Positions 14,687-28,596 of a DNA stretch of 64,000 bases are shown piece by piece; the stretch's first letter is position 1, and every line of letters begins with the position of its first letter. The stretch comes from Pecten maximus (Eukaryota). The stretch is from positions 36,456,001 through 36,520,000 of the forward strand of contig NC_047024.1 in NCBI RefSeq assembly GCF_902652985.1. Reading direction: 5' to 3'. The notes under the pieces were generated by a model. It saw only the letters and a program-made list of their open reading frames with translations, was not told where the DNA came from and ran no database searches. Made by a program: the position numbers and the translations under genes.

Positions 14687-16246
14687 AATTCTTTTAACAC
14701 TAACAAGATTGACTTTTGATAAATTGATAACTCAGTTACAGTTTCTTGTTTTAAATAATGAGTTTATAGATATCATAGAACGATTTCCTTTAAAAGCCAC
14801 TGGCAGTTCTATATATTAAGATATTTAACAACTGTTGTAAGGACATTTAGCCTTCAACAACAGACTGACGGAGAAGCTGTTCTGTAGCTACAAGGGGTCC
14901 TCGTACAGCCAGTCATCCTTGGGGAACAGATTTCAAGTATGAGGATGTTACTATAAAAGCTGGGAGGGGATACAGATCCCGCATAAGACTTGCTTTCTTT
15001 TTAACTTTGTCTCAATTGTAACCTACAAAAGACTTGTTATGGCTGTAGAGAGAAATTTTATTGAGGTTTTCAGCTTCATTTTATACACAAATTTCTTTCC
15101 TTTGACAAATAGTACATGAAATTTTGACCCTTTTTATGGTTTTGGAAAATTTACATGATTGGTATCTTGATTACACAGAAGTATTGATCTTGTTTAGTGT
15201 GGGATTGGCTCGACTTATTCAAGGATGAATGGAACTTCAAATTATGTATAACTTTTGTAATCATTATAGTTTCAAAATGTGTTGATTTAATTAAAAAAAA
15301 TGACAATGTAGCTTAAAAGAGAGATTTTATTTATTAGCCATTGGGAAGCAGATGTGATGAAGCTACCGAGTATTGACAGAAATGGCCGTGGCACCGTTGG
15401 TTGTAGTGTCCCACACACACGTACTTAGCTTCCATTGTAGCGTGGTCTGTGTGGACGTGTAGTGTTACATGTACCCTAGTAACAAAGAGTATGTATAAAG
15501 TCTAAGTCGTGGCCATGGAAACAATACATAGAGTGCACAGGAAATGTTTTAAACCAATCGTCAATGGCCATTTCTGCCAGGTGGGCTCCGTTTAGTGACA
15601 CATAAAAATTGTATAGTAGCAACCATTCAAATTATGGCCCATTTAGAAATGTTGTCTTTTCAATTCTTTTGTTCGGGCGATAATAGAGAAATGGATTTGA
15701 ATTTAAAAGGACGCCTATGTTCAAAATTACTCTTCAAATTTTATGTTCCATGTAGGTTGTAGATATAACAGAAATTCTTTTTAAATAGATAATGTCAGCT
15801 GAATGGATTCTTTGATAGGTCGACCATGAGACACAAATAATTCTGTTTATCTTTATGGCAAACATGCTTTCTGTTTACCTATGGTAGGTTTCTATGGTGA
15901 TTTAAAATCTGTATTCAATCACAAACTCAAATATCTAAGAACCAAATATGTTTTGTATACATTGCTGAAATGATTTTCAAATGGAAAGATAAATATTTCA
16001 GCAGTATTTATTTGTGTTACAGAAACTTTACAACTTTTAAAATTAGTTGATTTGCTAAGATAAATATATATATCATATATATTTTTTTGAAATATATAAT
16101 ATAATAAGAAATAAACATTTTCCGTTATCAAGAAGTTATAAAATTGTATGTAACACCTGGTTAGTTTTAATCTGCATGTAGCTAGTTACAACTGGTGATC
16201 ATATTTGGTTAATTGGATCATATTCGGTTGAATTATAGATAGAATT

Positions 16247-19200
16247 TATGACGGGGAGTTATAGTAACATGATGGTGACGACGAGGAGTTATTAAAGTAA
16301 CATGATGGTGAGGACGGGGTGTTATAGTAACATGGTGGTGAGGACGGGGAGTTATTAAAGTAACATGGTGGTGAGGACGGGGTGTTATAGTAACATGATG
16401 GTGAGGACGGAGAGTTATAGTAACGTGATGGTGAGGACGAGGTGTTATAGTAACATGATGGTGAGGACGGGGAGTTATAGTAACGTGGTGGTGAGGACGG
16501 GGTGTTATAGTAACATGATGGTGAGGACGGAGAGTTATAGTAACATGATGGTGAGGACGGGGTGTTATAGTAACATGGTGGTGAGGACGGGGAGTTATAG
16601 TAACGTGATGGTGAGGACGGGGTGTTATAGTAACATGGTGGTGAGGACGGGGAGTTATAGTAACATGGTGGTGAGGACGGGGAGTTATTAAAGTAACATG
16701 GTGGTGAGGACGGGGTGTTATAGTAACATGATGGTGAGGACGGAGAGTTATAGTAACGTGATGGTGAGGACGAGGTGTTATAGTAACATGGTGGTGAGGA
16801 CGAGGTGTTATAGTAACATGATGGTGATGACGGGGTGTTATAGTAACATGGTGGTGAGGACGGGGAGTTATAGTAACATGATGGTGAGGACGGGGAGTTA
16901 TAGTAACATGATGGTGAGGACGGGGAGTTATAGTAACATGGTGGTGAGGATGGGGAGTTATAGTAACATGGTGGTGAGGACGGGGTGTTATAATAACATG
17001 ATGGTAAGGACGGGGAGTTATAGTAACATGGTGGTGAGGACGGGGAGTTATAGTAACATGGTGGTGAGGACGGGGTGTTATAGTAACATGGTGGTGAGGA
17101 CGGGGTGTTATAGTAACATGATGGTGAGGACGGGGTGTTATAGTAACATGATGGTGAGGACGGGGAGTTATTAAAGTAACATGATGGTGAGGACGGGGTG
17201 TTATAGTAACATGGTGGTGAGGACGGGGTGTTATAGTAACATGATGGTGTGGACGGGGTGTTATAGTAACATGATGGTGAGGACAGGGAGTTATTAAAGT
17301 AACATGATGGTGAGGACGGGGTGTTATAGTAACATGGTGGTGAGGACGGGGAGTTATAGAAACATGATGGTGAGGACAGGGTGTTATAGTAACGTGATGG
17401 TGAGGACGGGGAGTTATAGTAACGTGATGATGAGGACGGGGTGTTATAATAACATGATGGTGAGGACGAGGAGTTATAGTAACGTGATGATGAGGACGGG
17501 GAGTTATAGTAACATGGTGGTGAGGACGGGGTGTTATAGTAACATGGTGGTGAGGACGGGGTGTTATAGTAACATGATGGTGAGGACGGGGTGTTATAGT
17601 AACATGGTGGTGAGGACGGGGAGTTATAGTAACATGATGGTGAGGACGGGGTGTTATAGTAACATGGTGGTGAGGACAGGGTGTTATAGTAACATGGTGG
17701 TGAGGACGGGGAGTTATAGTAACATGATGGTGAGGACGGGGTGTTATAGTAACATGGTGGTGAGGACGGGGTGTTATAGTAACATGGTGGTGAGGACGGG
17801 GAGTTATAGTAACATGATGGTGAGGACGGGGAGTTATAGTAACATGATGGTGAGGACGGGGAGTTATAGTAACATGATGGTGAGGACAGGGAGTTATAGT
17901 AACATGGTGGTGAGGACGGGGAGTTATAGTAACATGATGGTGAGGACGGGGAGTTATAGTAACATGGTGGTGAGGACGGGGAGTTATAGTAACATGGTGG
18001 TGAGGACGGGGAGTTATAGTAACATGGTGGTGAGGACGGGGTGTTATAGTAACATGGTGGTGAGGACGGGGAGTTATAGTAACATGATGGTGAGGACGGG
18101 GAGTTATAGTAACATGGTGGTGAGGACGAGGAGTTATAGTAACATGGTGGTGAGGACGGGGAGTTATAGTAACATGATGGTGAGGACGGGGAGTTATAGT
18201 AACATGGTGGTGAGGACGGGGTGTTATAGTAACATGATGGTGAGGACGGGGAGTTATAGTAACGTGATGGTGAGGACGGGGAGTTATAGTAACATGGTGG
18301 TGAGGACGGGGTGTTATAGTAACATGATGGTGAGGACAGGGAGTTATAGTAACATGGTGGTGAGGACGGGGAGTTATAGTAACGTGATGGTGAGGACGGG
18401 GAGTTATAGTAACATGATGGTGAGGACAGGGAGTTATAGTAACATGGTGGTGAGGACGGGGAGTTATAGAAACATGATGGTGAGGACAGGGTGTTATAGT
18501 AACGTGATGGTGAGGACGGGGAGTTATAGTAACGTGATGATGAGGACGGGGTGTTATAATAACATGATGGTGAGGACGAGGAGTTATAGTAACGTGATGA
18601 TGAGGACGGGGAGTTATAGTAACATGGTGGTGAGGACGGGGTGTTATAGTAACATGGTGGTGAGGACGGGGTGTTATAGTAACATGATGGTGAGGACGGG
18701 GTGTTATAGTAACGTGATGGTGAGGACGGGGAGTTATAGTAACATGATGGTGAGGACGGGGTGTTATAGTAACATGGTGGTGAGGACGGGGAGTTATAGT
18801 AACATGATGGTGAGGACGGGGTGTTATAGTAACATGGTGGTGAGGATGGGGAGTTATAGTAACATGGTGGTGAGGACGGGGTGTTATAGTAACATGGTGG
18901 TGAGGACGGGGAGTTATAGTAACATGATGGTGAGGACGGGGAGTTATAGTAACATGATGGTGAGGACGGGGTGTTATAGTAACATGGTGGTGAGGACAGG
19001 GAGTTATAGTAACATGATGGTGAGGACGGGGAGTAAGTTATAGTAACATGTGGTGAGGACGGGGAGTTATAGTAACATGATGGTGAGGACGGGGAGTTAT
19101 AGTAACATGGTGGTGAGGACGGGGTGTTATAGTAACATGGTGGTGAGGACGGGGAGTTATAGTAACATGATGGTGAGGACGGGGAGTTATAGTAACATGG

Positions 19201-20378
19201 TGGTGAGGACGAGGAGTTATAGTAACATGGTGGTGAGGACGGGGAGTTATAGTAACATGATGGTGAGGACGGGGAGTTATAGTAACATGGTGGTGAGGAC
19301 GGGGTGTTATAGTAACATGATGGTGAGGACGGGGAGTTATAGTAACGTGATGGTGAGGACGGGGAGTTATAGTAACATGGTGGTGAGGACGGGGTGTTAT
19401 AGTAACATGATGGTGAGGACGGGGAGTTATAGTAACATGATGGTGAGGACAGGGAGTTATAGTAACATGGTGGTGAGGACGGGGAGTTATAGTAACGTGA
19501 TGGTGAGGACGGGGAGTTATAGTAACATGATGGTGAGGACGGGGAGTTATAGTAACATGGTGGTGAGGACGGGGTGTTATAGTAACATGGTGGTGAGGAC
19601 GGGGAGTTATAGTAACATGGTGGTGAGGACAGGGAGTTATAGTAACATGATGGTGAGGACGGGGAGTTATAGTAACATGATGGTGAGGACGGGGAGTTAT
19701 AGTAACATGATGGTGAGGACGGGGAGTTATAGTAACATGATGGTGAGGACGGGGAGTTATAGTAACGTGATGATGAGGACGGGGTGTTATAGTAACATGG
19801 TGGTGAGGACGGGGAGTTATAGTAACATGGTGGTGAGGACGAGGAGTTATAGTAACGTGATGGTGAGGACGGGGAGTTATAGTAACATGATGGTGAGGAC
19901 GGGGAGTTATAGTAACGTGATGGTGAGGACGGGGAGTTATAGTAACATGGTGGTGAGGACGGGGAGTTATAGTAACATGGTGGTGAGGACGAGGAGTTAT
20001 AGTAACGTGATGGTGAGGACGGGGAGTTATAGTAACATGATGGTGAGGACGAGGAGTTATAGTAACGTGATGGTGAGGAAGGGGAGTTATAGTAACATGA
20101 TGGTGAGGACGGGGAGTTATAGTAACGTGATGGTGAGGAAGGGGAGTTATAGTAACGTGGTGGTGAGGACGGGGAGTTATAGTAACATGGTGGTGAGGAC
20201 GAGGAGTTATAGTAACGTGATGGTGAGGACGGGGTGTTATAGTAACATGGTGGTGAGGACGGGGAGTTATAGTAACATGATGGTGAGGACGGGGAGTTAT
20301 AGTAACATGATGGTGAGGACGGGGAGTTATAGTAACGTGATGGTGAGGAAGGGGAGTTATAGTAACGTAATGGTGGGG
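16247..20378. repeat. 30-bp minisatellite, ~135-140 copies (~4.1 kb)
   Basis: Unit atggtgaggacggggagttatagtaacatg with a few recurrent variants; source of the MVVRTGSYSN ORFs. Confidence 0.98.
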
Positions 20379-23300
20379 ATGAGATGACGGGATGTGATGG
20401 GATGAAGGAGAGGGTAATTATACAGGAAAGATGGAGAATTATATCTAAATATTGATATAAGAGTTAGGATAGGGTAAAGTTCATATAATAAATCTGGGGA
20501 GGGAGAAGAAATAGTTTGTATGATAATGAGTGTGGGGGGGGGGGAGGAGTATTTGATGGAACAGCAAAGTTCGGTGTCAGTCTTGGAGATGTATACCCAG
20601 GCTACTGGATTCCTTTGTGTCTGGCAGTGTTGGACAGGCTATTGTGCCAGGACAGCCTCCCTGTATACTATTGTACACTGTGTGGCTGCTTTGTCACCTC
20701 TGACCCTCCGGCTGTAAGCACAATGGCATTGTTTTCTTAGGCCATGGACTGTTTAAAATCAAATGTTTGAAGAATGATTCAAATACATGATACTTGATGC
20801 TAAATATAATCTTTTGGTTGGCTTCGTATCCGAGACAACCAATTCAAAGATAGGTGCGGTGTTGTTAAGTACTCGTTTAACGGCAGCCGTCCCTACCTAT
20901 AACATATAATCTGCAGATTAAATATACTCCAGAAAATGTCTAGAGAATATGACAGATGTCCATGTTTACATACTTACCAATAAATTCAAACAAAGAGACA
21001 AGCGTGATGTCATATCTCCTCTGGATAAGGCTAGGCTATGTATAGGTAGATGGAGAGAACACTGCTGTTTGTATTGGTCGAGGCGGCCCAGGCCGACATA
21101 TGGCGTTTCCTGGCTATACACACAATGCAGCTCAAGGTAATATACTTTTGCACCTTGTTCCACTTTATGTTACTAGGAAACCAAACAATGACACAAATCT
21201 AGTCATAAAAAACTCGGGTTTTAAATCTGGAGGATGATATATACACAAGATGGTTACACACAGGTAAAAACACAATGCTCTCTGTTCCATTGTTTGATGT
21301 CACTTTATTTCAGTCATTTCCTATATAAAGAATGTAGACACAACAAAGAGTTAAACATTCTATGAAAAAATGCTTTGATGAAATTATATAAACTATATTA
21401 TAAAAGATTACAATTGTGCTATTTAACAGATCTAGGCAAGCAATTAAGACTTAATTTGTCTGACAAAAGAAATTATAAATTATTAATCTATTTTACATTA
21501 TACAGATGGATTTGATTTTCAGCATTGTCAAGGTATTGAACTACTGCTTATATTGAAATATAAGCTCAGTATTGATCTCGGTTGGTTATACATGAATCAT
21601 CCGCTTCATAGTCATTCATGAAAGAACTATAGATGCATTTACAATGTAATGAAACATGAGGTTGTTTTTAAGTGAAGTCACCCACACGTATATATTGTGG
21701 CAGGGTTAGAACCAGATGACGATTCTCTGCGTTCATTGGTAACAAATCCTGGCTGGTCGGTATCCCTTGGGGTTAATAGAGCGGCCTCGGAGGAAACCTG
21801 ACTAAGTCGCACGCATTAAATATAGATCTGTTAGATGTATGTTGCCTGCTATGGGGGCTGATAGCACTATTGATACTAGGTAAACAAAATAATGGTGTCC
21901 AATAAAAAAAACAGATTTGTATAAAATTATAAAATACTCACTTTCTGTTATATAAATATATTGAATTATTACAGAATAAGTGTATGGATGTGATATTTAT
22001 CATTCTCTTGTCTCCACACTTGAATTTGAATGATTTTTGTCTATATGGATTATGTAACTGCACATACCAATATATAATGGCCAATCAGCTGGTTTTGGTA
22101 GATTATATTTCTGTTTACCATGTATTTATCCAACATGGTGATAAAAAAAAATGTATCTGCCAACTTGAGACAATATTGGTGTACAAATGACACATTGATC
22201 GGAGCAGATGACCAAACCATTTATATAGGCTTTGTTGTAAAAAAGTGAATCACACGTACCCAATCTATATGAATCACTGGTATGACTTGGAAACTAGTCA
22301 CTTACAGATCACTTCTATATATGGGCATATTTAATACAAGATGCTAAGGTGCCATATAGTGCAGTAGTTATTTTGAAGATCATTCTTCATAGGTAGCACT
22401 TAAATGCATCTTACAGCTAGTTGTATCTGTAGTTTACGTTAAATTGTCTCTTGGTGACTTTCTTATCTGTACATTGGATTACTAATTCCTTTGGATCATT
22501 TCATTTTCAGTAAGTACTAACTTTCAGAATTGAAATTGTTCCTAATATTTCTCAGTGTTGGTTTGTAATTTTGTTAATATAATTAGACTAAAACTTGTTA
22601 ATATAGAATTCCATTTTTAGGTCCAAAATTTGTTATAGGAGTTAAAAATAATAAGGTTGCACCAAATTTGGGGATTTTTTTAACTTATTTGACAAGTACC
22701 AGTAAGCTGAAATTTGCTTCAAGCTTGTTTTTCTTTAAGTTTTGCTCTATATACTTTATTTTAAATTAATATATTATGTTTTTACTTTATTCATAAATTG
22801 CCAAATATTTAAATGTCCTTGAAATCATGCCATTCTTTGTGACCTTAATAGATTATTTTTAAATCAACCTGCTTTGTAATGCTATTTTATTTGTTTCTAT
22901 TTAGGTAATCTGTTTCCAGGACATGGATGCTGTTGTATTTGTAGTAGTTCTCATGGCTTCATTAGTGAGCGGTCCTCATGAATATTTTAACAAAATTGAG
23001 AATGACTAAACTGACACTGAAGTTGACCGTTTTATGCAGTCATTTACTCGTATTTGATTTTCATTCAAGTACCCCTCTGGTTTCTCTGGAATCAATTAAC
23101 TTTCAATCTCGTGACATAATTATGTGACTTTTGATTACAGGAAAGTTTTTAAATTGTTACATTTATAAGATAAAATTCCATCATGGCTCTATTTGTAATT
23201 TTCTGGATATTGATTTTGATATAAGTATTTAAGATATGTTAATGATTCATTTTATCAGAAAAAGAAATGATCCTTTATTTTCTGCACATCTGATGTTTTT

Positions 23301-23996
23301 TATCTTTCATGTTGACTCATCATATATTTTTTATTCTAGATTAAGGAGTTATTTAAAGATGCTACATGGCCGACAGTGTATACACTGCTTCTCTCAAAAT
23401 GTTTAAAATGACACCATCGAGTAGATCTAATTAAGACCAGCCAATTACAAAAATAATAAAAACCATGAAAAGTCATAATAAGGCTGAAAGTTACATAGAA
23501 AATATGGAGGCTCTGCACAATCTGCTGGATGCAATAATTATTCAGTCACTTTAAATTTCAAAGATTAGATTAGAAGTCTTTGGAGGGGTGTAATAGCATT
23601 AAGTATGTATAGCCTATTGTTGTTTTCAATCAGTCATAATTACTCTTTGAGACGTAGCACCTTTGAATAAGAATTATTCGAAACTATAACAGCATATAAT
23701 ATCATCCCTACTACAGATAAGTGATAATAAATAAAAATAAAAATTGGACAACACATCTTTTCATCTCTGAAGAATCGCCAAGATGTGACGAAAGTGTTAA
23801 GAAATGTTTTTCTTTTTCTTACATATTTGTATAGACAAGATATTTCTGTGACTGCATGATGTGCTGATAAATTTCTGAAATGTACATCGTTTTGTGTTTG
23901 GTTTGACTTGGTTAACTTATATGGAATTTCCCATTGTATCTTTACAGAAATGAATGAACGCGGAGGATCACAACCTGTTGACTATGTCTCATTATA

Positions 23997-25692
23997 ATGG
24001 AAATTGAGCCATTCTCCTTCATCAGAAGTCCTGCAAAAGGTGATTTAGAGACATTTTCGTGCATCAGAAACCAAAGTGATTTGGAGAAGTTTTCCTACAT
24101 ACGAAGCCCTCCAGAAACGTTTTCGATACCTTGTGTGCCTGTGAGATCCGAGCCCAGCCCCTCTCGTCCACCGCAATCTAGTCAGAGATTTTCCACCCCC
24201 AATATGGTGGTGGATCTTCAGTCTCAGAACCCCTGTGTGGTTACTGCAGATCCATCTGTGCAGTCGTCGCCACATGACTACAAGCTTCTTCCCCAGGAAG
24301 TGTCTCCGCGAACTGCATCGCATGACTACAAACTTCTGCAGCAAGACATATCACCCCGTTCTGCGTCACATGACTACAACAAACCATTGTTGACTGACGT
24401 TTCCCCAAGGTCAAATGACTCCTACAAACCATGTCCCCAGGACATTTCCCCAAGGTCAAATTTGAGTGAATGTAACAAACGCCAGCAGCAGCAAGAACAG
24501 TTCTCCCCAAAGGGAGGCTCCCTTGAGTATGAACACAATCGTAACCTATCCCTACGCACTTCTTCTCATGACTACCGTCTTTTGCCACCAGAGGGCATGA
24601 TGACACCAAGTCCTGATAACCCACCCTCCATTGACCACTCTGACATCCCTCAAAATGAAGTATTATCTTTAAAAGGCATGAACACTCCTAAAAATAGCCC
24701 CCCACAGCTGTCTCCGAAACAGCTTGACTTGGACCATGGGCGGTTTGATTGTGGTCCAAAACAAATGGATTATGATAATATGGATCAAAACAGCGGATCA
24801 GACCAATCTCCGTGTCAGACTCCAGAGAAGCATCGGTCCCGGCGTAAGCAAACTATTGAAGACATTGTGCGCCGAATGAAAGGATCAGAAAACGGTTACT
24901 ATAGTGACAGTGAAGAAGAGGAGGAAGATGATGGGGAGGACACTCTGAATGGATCTATTTCCATGGATATGCACAATGGTGACCCAAAACTGGGTGATAG
25001 TATGTGCGGTATGAGGTGTGGGCAGGATGAAGTGGATGGGGCTCCTATGCAGATATCAGGCCTTAAGGCTAGCGACAAAGACAGGCAACCTTGTATTAAC
25101 AATGGGTCCGCAGGCAGTGGAACCATGGGAAACGGTCTGGATGGAATGTCCTATAAAAACGGCAGCATTTCCTTAGATACAGAGAACATCCAACCAGACC
25201 ATATGCGACAAATGGAAAATGGCAAGGACAACAAAGATGGTTGTGAAAATAAAGATATGTCACCTGAACGACAACAGATCAATGCTATCATGGACAAAGT
25301 AGCTGAGATCACAGGAGGGAACAAATCGCAAGACTTCAACACTCCCAAACAGAACGGAAACTGGTTTCACGGAGCATTCAATAGCCTTCCTTTGTTTCCC
25401 TTTCCTCCTAGTCCCTTGGAACATCATCTCAATCCAAACTTTCTTCCGATGTTTGACGGCAAATTTCCTTCGTCACAAGAGGTTGAGAAAGATTATCTCA
25501 AATGTCAATTTTGTGAAAGGACATTCCGACGCCAAAAGAACTTAGAAAACCATATCGAGAACACTCACCACGGGAAGACCACAGCAAGAAGAAAATCATC
25601 AGATAGCAATGACATGTATTTCAAATGTACACATTGCCCCTATACCACCAAGCATCAGAGTAACCTGTACGTCCATCTTCGCATACATACTG
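23997..25692 (+). CDS. C2H2 zinc-finger transcription factor, first coding exon (two C2H2 fingers)
   Basis: Acceptor tttacag| at 23947; long non-repetitive ORF; fingers CQFCERTFRRQKNLENHIENTH and CTHCPYTTKHQSNLYVHLRIH; donor G|GTAAGT after 25692 splits the HTG|ERPY linker. Confidence 0.9.
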
Positions 25693-27866
25693 GTAAGTGC
25701 TTGATAGTACAATGTCTGCCAAGGTCAACCTGTATAAATTACCCTGCATATCATAGGTTACATGTCTTGATGAATTGTGTCTATTCTTTCTTATACACAT
25801 ACAAGAAACATTGTTTTGACTATGTAACACAATGTGCTGTAAAATCAAATTTCTTCAAGGTAACGAAGGCATCGGACTTAAGGCAGAGGTAACTTTTTAA
25901 GCAATATGTAAAAGTGATTTCAACTGATCCATCGATAGAAAAATATTTTGACACAATTAGCATTTACCTTGCTAAAAACAATTAGTTACTAATTTCAGTA
26001 TCCTGATCAAGTTCATTAACCTCGGGGAATAATCAAGCTAATTAATCTTGAGGAAATTTATGTTGATAAAATTGTTTGTGAGTTTCAATGTCCTTGGAAC
26101 TGCTAAAGTAAAAAAAAAATTGTCCAGGGATTACATTAATTACCTTCAGCACCTGTTTTAATGGTTCCAAGTCAAAGATGAGGTTAAAATAAGGTGTGAT
26201 ACAGATACTTCACCAATCTTCAGTCCGTGTGTCCTTATCTAGACTAAATTTTTTCTTTTAAACAGCTGACAGAATTTTGAAAACCTTCAGAAATGTTTTA
26301 ATTCTTCATAAAATAATGAAAAGTTAGTTAGTTAATCTAAAGATTTTTTCCCAAGTGGGTTTACTGGCCAAGGAATTTCCTTTTTTCTTTTGGTTTTCAT
26401 TTTGATCAGTAAAAAGCAGTGTGGTTTGAAATTAATAGTCGTTAAGAATTGGATATGAAACTGAGGCTTCCTGCTATTGGGTCCTCAAGATGATGATTAA
26501 ACATCATTCATAACAGAATTGTTCAAATGACCCAACTCAATATTCACATTTGTTGGTGCAAAAATATTGTATTTTGTTGTAATTTCAAAAAGCTAACCTA
26601 AAATTTCAAAACAGAATACAAATTTATAAAATTAACTAAATTTTAGTGAAAATATTATAGCTTGATTTATATTTGTTGTCAATTCAACTTAAAAAATTGA
26701 TTAACAATTTTAAATTCATTTAAATCGTCATATATGTCAGTTTCTAGAAAATAAATTAGAAAACTTAAATTGTGTATGGATTGAATGGGAAAAACTTGTC
26801 TGTTTTATGAAACTTGTGGAACTCTGCAGAAGTCTGATCACATGTTTCTGATTACGTAAGATTGCAGGAATTTAATGGTGGCAAAAACTACCCATGTTTA
26901 ACCGGTATTGTTTTCATTCTATTATTCTGTAACATATTGATCCTCGTATGATCACTGTTCGTACAAGTCTAAGGAAAGATAACTCTTGCATGTTACATCT
27001 CTGGGCTTATTATTCAGTAATTACACTGGTCTGAAATTCAATCGAAGGAAATGTGACAGACTTTAATTGCTCTTGAGTTTGGAAGATTGCCAAGCCGGTT
27101 TTTCTCAAACTCTGCAGCTACTCTAAAACATTTTAATTACAGTGGTGCATTTCTCAGTGTTTGATAAAAGTTGTGTTTAGTGATGGAGGTTTTGGGGTGG
27201 ATTGATATTCACAACCATAGTTTTGTGTCATTTGATTGAAATGCAGATGTTGAAATATGGTTGTTTCACTTGTTAGACAAGCTAAGACACCCTCTATAAG
27301 TAAAGTAATTAAACAGCTTGCAGTGTTTGATGTCACGGAGATTGATCATGTGACTAAGAAACAGACCCTAACTAAAAGCCAAGAATCCATCACCCCTGCT
27401 AACCCTAATGTTCTCGGTGCTCCTCTGCCGGGTTTGTGTGCAGAGAAACTATTGTTTGTAGGTTCAACAATGGAACTACAGCGGATTGCAGCCTTGCGGA
27501 ATTGTTTTTACACCACTGCTGCAGTGCCTGAAAACGCAGTGTGCATCACTTGCAGGTTTTCATTAAAACATGTCAATTTTAAGTTGGCTTCTTTAGACCT
27601 CTGTATCTCCTGATAGTTAATTTGCACTTACGAAGCTTGTGCTTCCTGAACAACAGAGTACCCTTAAAATGTCCATGGAGAGATTGAGTCAGGTATTTGA
27701 CTGTCGCTTCCTTCTTCTGTGAACTGTTATTTCCCATCAGAGCCTCCAGATAGTACAGTTGAATGTGCCAATACACAGATGACATAATTGTTTTGTAAGG
27801 TGTTGTATTTTCCAGCATGTTTGTTTCCTTGATTAAATGGTGTGGGACTTGTACCTTAAGGTGTTA

Positions 27867-28228
27867 TACTATCAGTCACCAATTCACTGTAATTCTATCG
27901 AGTCAACTTGACATTAGCTCATGACTTTACTATCAGTCACCAATTCACTGTAATTCCGTCGAGTCAACTTGACCTTAGCTCATGACTTTACTATCAGTCA
28001 CCAATTCAATGTAATTCTGTCGAGTCAACTTGACATTAGCTCATGACTTTACTATCAGTCACCAATTCACTGTAATTCCGTCGAGTCAACTTGACCTTAG
28101 CTCATGACTTTACTATCAGTCACCAATTCAATGTAATTCTGTCGAGTCAACTTGACATTAGCTCATGACTTTACTATCAGTCACCAATTCACTGTTATTC
28201 CGTCGAGTCAACTTGACCTTAGCTCATG
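27867..28228. repeat. 61-bp intronic tandem repeat, 6 copies
   Basis: atcagtcaccaattca at 27871, 27932 and onward; gacatt/gacctt variants alternate. Confidence 0.95.
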
Positions 28229-28596
28229 TCTTTGGCAGATAGTGAAAAATGCAGGATTTAAAATTAAAAAATAATTTTTTGAAACTAAAATATGTGAAAA
28301 TAATGCTTCACATTAAATAATAACATCTTTATACATTCCAATAGGATAACTATACTTTAAAATTGTAAGATCTTTTCCTTGGTGACCCATTAAACATCAT
28401 TTCACCCTTTATTTTGGAGGAATTTGTCTAGATATTTGATCATTGAATGATGGAGGCACTATATTCTTACACTTTGTTGAAACATTAAGTGACTACTACT
28501 GTCACTCTGAGCTGTTAAATGTTTACAAAGTGCAGACGAACTTAACTGTGTAGTGTTGTATTACATCTAGCTGATTGTGTATTTCTTATGTTACAG

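Noticed and set aside
1239-15000. Numerous 60-110-aa ORFs in the first 15 kb (and similarly 30-42 kb)
   Set aside because: Composition typical of random AT-rich sequence, no domain motifs, many non-ATG starts
16365-20387. Long ORFs of MVVRTGSYSN repeats (up to 579 aa)
   Set aside because: By-product of a 30-bp minisatellite lacking a stop in one frame; broken by indel units; no unique flanking coding sequence
25693-25892. C-terminal extension KCLIVQCLPR... of the 631-aa ORF
   Set aside because: Read-through into the intron; splicing at 25692/28597 restores the canonical TGERPY linker
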